DNA of 64,000 nucleotides, from assembly GCA_012520515.1 (NCBI GenBank), contig JAAYOD010000027.1:920-64919 (forward strand), read 5' to 3'. A program made the translations under genes and the position numbers. The first letter of the stretch is position 1. Every line of letters begins with the position of its first letter. The notes under the pieces were generated by a model, which was given only the letters and a program-made list of their open reading frames with translations, was not told the origin of the DNA and searched no databases. Shown piece after piece: positions 36,401 through 42,400 of the stretch. The stretch is from Clostridiales bacterium. GTDB lineage: Bacteria; Bacillota; Clostridia; Christensenellales; DTU072.

Positions 36401-39400
36401 AATAATGGCTGAACTTCGTTTCCTGTAGCTACGCTTAGCACAATATGCTTAGCTATTGCGCTTGCTGCGCCAGGCGCATTCATTGCGGCATTCTTTATAT
36501 CTTGTTCACTGCCTGAAGGTGTTGCTTCATCGTCTAAAATTATGCCAAACTCAGCTGCAATAACTTTTAGTATGCTTCTTGCGTCAGCTATCCTTATAGC
36601 ATCTGCATTAAGGAAAGCAAGGTCTATATAGACATCCAAAATGCCTTCATCGTCTATAATAAAGTAAATGGACGCCACATCGCCTAACAAATAATCGCCA
36701 GCTCTGCCCATAACTTCATTCCAATAATACGCATTAATCTCAGCATTGGAAGTCAGGTGCGCAATTTCGCTAGATAACGACCTTTCCATTTCCTCTAGCA
36801 TAGCCACGCCGTCGGTGTCGCCAGTAATTCCTAAAAGATTTTTGTAAGCTACATAAGCTTCTGCTTTGTTATACTTACTCTTTCTTAAAACATCATTAAG
36901 TACACTTCTTAAGTTTTTGTTATATTCGCTTTCATATTCTTCTTGGTTGGTTTTGCTAGTCAAGCTTAAGAATATCTCAATATTTTTCAAATTCTTAAGG
37001 GTATCTAAATTAATGTTGGCGCTTATATTAAAATATGTAGCCTGGCTAAATATATCTACATTATCCATATGCAATTGCATACCGATTTCTGGGTCGCGAC
37101 CGTTTAGCCAGTACCTTGTAAACATACTTACTACATAGTCAAAGTTATATATAGAGTTATTGGAATTTTCATCTACAATTAATTCAAAACTTGTAACGCC
37201 CGACAAAGCAATTCCCACATTTGTCAACTCTTCCATTTCGTCATAGTCTACAAGTTCATTATCATAATAGTACTTGGTTTCACCGTCTTGCTCTACAGTT
37301 TGCACTATATCAATTTCTTGCTTGTCAAATCCTACATTTATGCCGCCTACCTTAATTCCCATTTCGGTAGCATAATTTTCTCCGTCTAAAACGACATTGC
37401 CTGCTTTATCCAAATAAATTTTTGCGCCTAAAGTCAGCTCTTCTTTAAATCTTAAGTAAGCTTCTAGACCAAATTCCATTTCCTCAAAGCTTTGGCTAAG
37501 GTCAAGTCCAAGCACATTCAAAACTTCCACTACTGCAGCCTTAGCAATACCAATTTTAATATTGCCATCTTTAAGCATAAATTGGATATACGCGCGGGCA
37601 ACAGATTGTACAGCAGCATTTTTTACTGCCATACTTGCGCTAGAGTTTTGACTTGGATCAGGCTCTTCTGACTCTTCATTCTCAGAGTCTTTTCCTATAT
37701 TATCAATAATTTTCGTAATATCTTTAATAAGGTCTGTATCAAGCAAGTCCGTGATAAAGGTGTTATCAAAGACATCCATTATTCCTTGGAAAACATTGTC
37801 AAGGTTTTTAATAACAACATTGCCAATTCCAAATAATTGCGTAGAAATGTATATGTCGCCTGTAAGCGTTGCATCATTAACACCAGCGCTAGTGCCGTCA
37901 TAAATTACTGTAAGCACTACATCGCTTTGGTCATTTTGAGCAATAATCCTAGTTACTGTAATTTTGAATATGCTCTTATAGATATTGTCAAAGTCTAGCC
38001 ATGCTTGAATGTGGAATAATAGTGACGCGTCTTGGTCGCCTAAAAATTCCGCCATAATACGCATGCCTATTTCATCTAAAACAACAAGTACAGCTCCCCC
38101 AACAAGCTTATCCCACGCAAGCGCTTTATGAATATCGTCGCCTGGCGTTGATGATGCGTACTCTGGCTTTTTGTCTATGTTGGTTTTTATCTCAGTAGCA
38201 GCGGCATTATATCTTGACTGCTTTTCTTTAATCTTTTTTTCATAATCTTCATCTATGTCTTTATTTGCTTCTAAAAATTCGCCAAGCGCATCCCAAGCCG
38301 CCGCTTTAATTGTGGTTTCCGAGGCGCTTATAGAGCTATTATTTTTTGTTGTTTGATAAATTTCATCTAATTCTGACTTAAAGAACGCTGAATTGCTAAA
38401 TATTTTGCTTACAGCATTGGTAAAGTCATAAGCATTTTTATCAGAGCCGTCCTCTGTTTGATTGCTAAGATTAAGCTCCAAGCTAGCCTCAACATATATT
38501 CCGTCAGGAACGCCGTCTGTCGTTTGCTTATATTCGTCGGTATTTATAATAGGCTTATAATCTTCTCTCTTGCTTGGGTCTAAGCTAGCTCTTATATTTC
38601 CTATGCTAACAGTAATTGTGTATGTATCTTCTATCACTACCGACAAGTCAACATCAAGTCCGCTATTAAAGTCTAGCTTTAATGCAAGCTCATTTATCCT
38701 AAATATACTTGCTATGGTTTCTGCTCCAGCTATCTTTAATAGTGTGGTTATTGCAGCTTCTCCCACAACCAATGATATCGCATGCGCGTTATATTGAAGG
38801 GCCAAGGTTATTGGTATTTGATTGGGAATAGCGGCATTTGCGTCAAACCTAGCTGTAGGCAGCGCGCCATTTTGACTGGGATTTAGCTGATTGTTATATT
38901 CGTCAATGTCGCTGTTTTGGCTAATTACAATGGGCTGGCGATTAGCGCTTGCGTTTGCCGCCACAACAACATTTTCCATCATCACTCTTCTATTTTTTAT
39001 GCGATAATAGGTTACTGCTTTAAGTTCACTTTCGCTAATATTTCTTGCCTTATACTGACTGTCCACAGCTTCTTTTACAGCTTGCGCCAAGCGCTCTATA
39101 TAAAGCTGTTGAAACTCTTGTGTCTGGCGGATTTCATAAATTCTCATATCTTTATATTTGCCGCCATAAATGCCGTCTTTATCTATTCTCATTTCGCTAG
39201 CAAGTATTGAGCTAGTCGTTCTTTCTAGCGTTTTATAGGCATTGCTCTTTAGGTATACAGCTTCTAAGAATGTAAGTATCTCATCAGTGGTGCTTACCAC
39301 AATATAATTGCCTTCAGCGTCTTCGCTTCTTACCTGCCAATTACCCTTTTGGGTATCCATGAGCGTAAGTACTGATTGAGGAGTTTTGGTAGAGTTGTAA

Positions 39401-42400
39401 GTAGCGTCCCAAATTTCGCTATACCTTTCTACAATATCATTGTAGTTACTGTATGCGCTAGCTTTTATGATATTGGAAAACAAGATATCCAAATCGGTAT
39501 CTACAATACCCATGGAATCATTAACTCTCTTTTGAATTTCCCTTCTTTCTTCTTCTAGCGCATCCACATCAAAAACAACTGTGGCGCCTGACGCTTTAAC
39601 TGGCTCTATTGTGGCATAATATTCATACTGGCCATTGGAGAGATTTCTCCTATTAACAATAATATTCATGCTAGAAAAATCATAACTATAATCTTCTAGC
39701 GGAATTAATTCATTAGAGAAGTCATCATAATCAAAGTAAAGGTCTAAGTGTTGCTTAAAGTACACATATATTAAAGTATTTGTATCGTTTGCTTTAGGGC
39801 TAGGTTTTGGTCTTACTATATATTTATAGCTATCTGTTCTATAATTTCTAGCCGTTGCGTTTGTTGGATAGAATGTATCCATAAAATACTCTAGCACAGT
39901 ATCGTCGTATACCATATCTAAAAGGTTGCGCTTAGAGTTATAGTAAAGCTCTTCATCTATATCCGCATGACCTGTAGCGTCATATAGATTGTTCCAAATT
40001 AGCGCCATTGCGCCATTGTAAGTGCCTTTAAGCTGAGTAATAGACAGTGGATTTATGCCAAGATAGGACAAATCGATATAAGCTGTGTCATTTGTGATAT
40101 AAACGCCCAAAATTATTTGATAAATAAGGTTATCAAATGCCTTATAGCCAGAGTTTACTTGACTGCTTCTGTCAAATATAACTAAGGAAATATCGCTCTT
40201 TAATAAGTCATTTATATTGATATTGCCTTTAAGCGCGATTCCAAGCTTTAGCCCTGTATCATACCAATAGTCATTGTCTATTTGAAGCGCTATTGCCTTT
40301 AAGATATCTTGCAGCATTCCTTCAGAATTTTCTTCGCCGCCAAATAGCACACCAAGGTATTCATTTAACTGTTCAGGAATCAAAATCTCTTTGTTTGCGT
40401 CCACTTGCAAGGTGATTTCTAGGTTAACTGACACTACCAAATTTTTGGTGTATTGCTCAAGGGACACAAAATCGCTTGCCACAAATGCGCCTACAAAGTC
40501 AATATCATTACCTTTCTTTAAGTTAATAGTGTCAATTAAACAAATTTCCAGCACAATTACTTCAATATCTTCATTAGTGCTGTCCAAAATTCCCAAATGA
40601 AGTTTTATATATTCGCTATCAACTAATTGCGCCGTTTGTTGCCTATTACCATGCTCATCTAATATAAATTCGCCATTTTCATCTTTTCTGTCGGTGTATT
40701 TATAAAGCACCTTGCCGTCTTCATCTCTAAGCCATTTTGTGCCTAAATGGAATTGCAAGCTACCGTTTACTTTTGGCAATTCACTAGTAAAATCTATACC
40801 AGCAAGCCCAGCTACTACGCTAAGTATTTGGCTGTTTACCATTACATTTAGCACATCGTCTTTAATTAGTATGCCATCTATAGCGTCACCAATCAGCTTA
40901 AGGATATTGTTAGATTCACTGTCGCCTATGTCCACTTGACCATTCTCAACGGAAGCGTTTTCAAATAAATTAAAGCTAGCGTTAGCAATGCCAAGCATAT
41001 CTGCTATGCCGCCTAAATCAAGGTTAATTCCGCTAAGAATTTTGCGTATGCCCACATTTGGCACAACTAGCTTTGGCAACCCGCCGTCAACAATATTAAG
41101 TAGCGGGAAAACTGCCTTTAGCTGTGTTGCCAAATCATACTTATTCCCCGATTCGTCAGGCAGTCTTGGCTCTGTATCTATATATAACTCATCGCTTATG
41201 CCGGAGTAATAAATACTCATAAAAGGATATGGATGAGATAATGTATATGTAGGGTCAAATTTAAGCATTTCTTGGTCGTTTATATACAAATCGACAAGTA
41301 GCGCCGTATCGGAAAACTTAAGCAGATTAAGTCCAGCTTGAATTCTATAAGTGATAGGCAAACGCATACCTTCTGCGCCAATGCCAAGGGATACAAAAGT
41401 ATTTTCTATAAATGCCCCAACTAAACCGCTAAAGTCCACTCCGCCGTCTGACTGATTGGTGCCAATAGTGATATTGCCTTCAATGGTGGCTCCATATTTT
41501 AGCTCACCCGACATGTCTCTGAAGTTAGCGCGCAAGTTAGCTGCATTTTCCATAACATTGCCTTCACTATCAATGCCTACTGCAGACAAGTCCATATAAG
41601 GCGGCACAAAGTAGCTAATGCCTGTGCTATATGTGCCATCTGCCCGCTCTTCGCCAATGCCTAGGCTAAGCGACAAGCTCTCTGTAATATCAAGGCGTAA
41701 ATTTATAGAATTAAAGATAGACGCTGTATCAAAACCAATAGACACGCCCTGAATTCCTACATTGGCATCTTTAATAAACATACCTAGTATGCTGTTTAAC
41801 GCATAGTTGTCAAGGTCTATAGAAAATTTGCTGTCGTCGCCTTCAGGGAAATGCAAATACTTAAAATCTTGAGGGTCGCTGCTGTTTGTTTCAACAAGTA
41901 TGCCAATGAGCTTCATTATGTCAAAAGACGCCCCGTCTTCCCCATCTGCCGCCGCATTGTTGCCACGCGTTGCTGAAGTGGTGTTTGCATAGTAAGGGTC
42001 TATATATCTCATAAACTTGCTAAGCAGTCCGGGTATTTCACTGTCGCCTGCAAGAAGCTTGGTTAGGTTAATGTTAGGCAGCCTTAATTGCGGCAAAAAC
42101 TGTCTTCCGCCGCTAGTTAAGTTATGCGTGTCGATATACGCTGTACACATCAGCACCGTTTCACCCGTTCGCATTTCAAGGTCGGGCACAAGATATATCG
42201 CCGCTATCTCTACATTATTATAAGAAAATGCCACCTTGGCATAGTTATTTTCATTGTCAAATAAATCAATGGCAAGCGCCACATTTACATCAAATCGATA
42301 GCTTGTAGCGTCGCCTAGCTTTAGAGGCATTTGTCCAAGCGCGCCAAGGTCGCCTAACATATTGCCTAAAAGAGAATTTAACGTAACTTCTTCGCCTGGA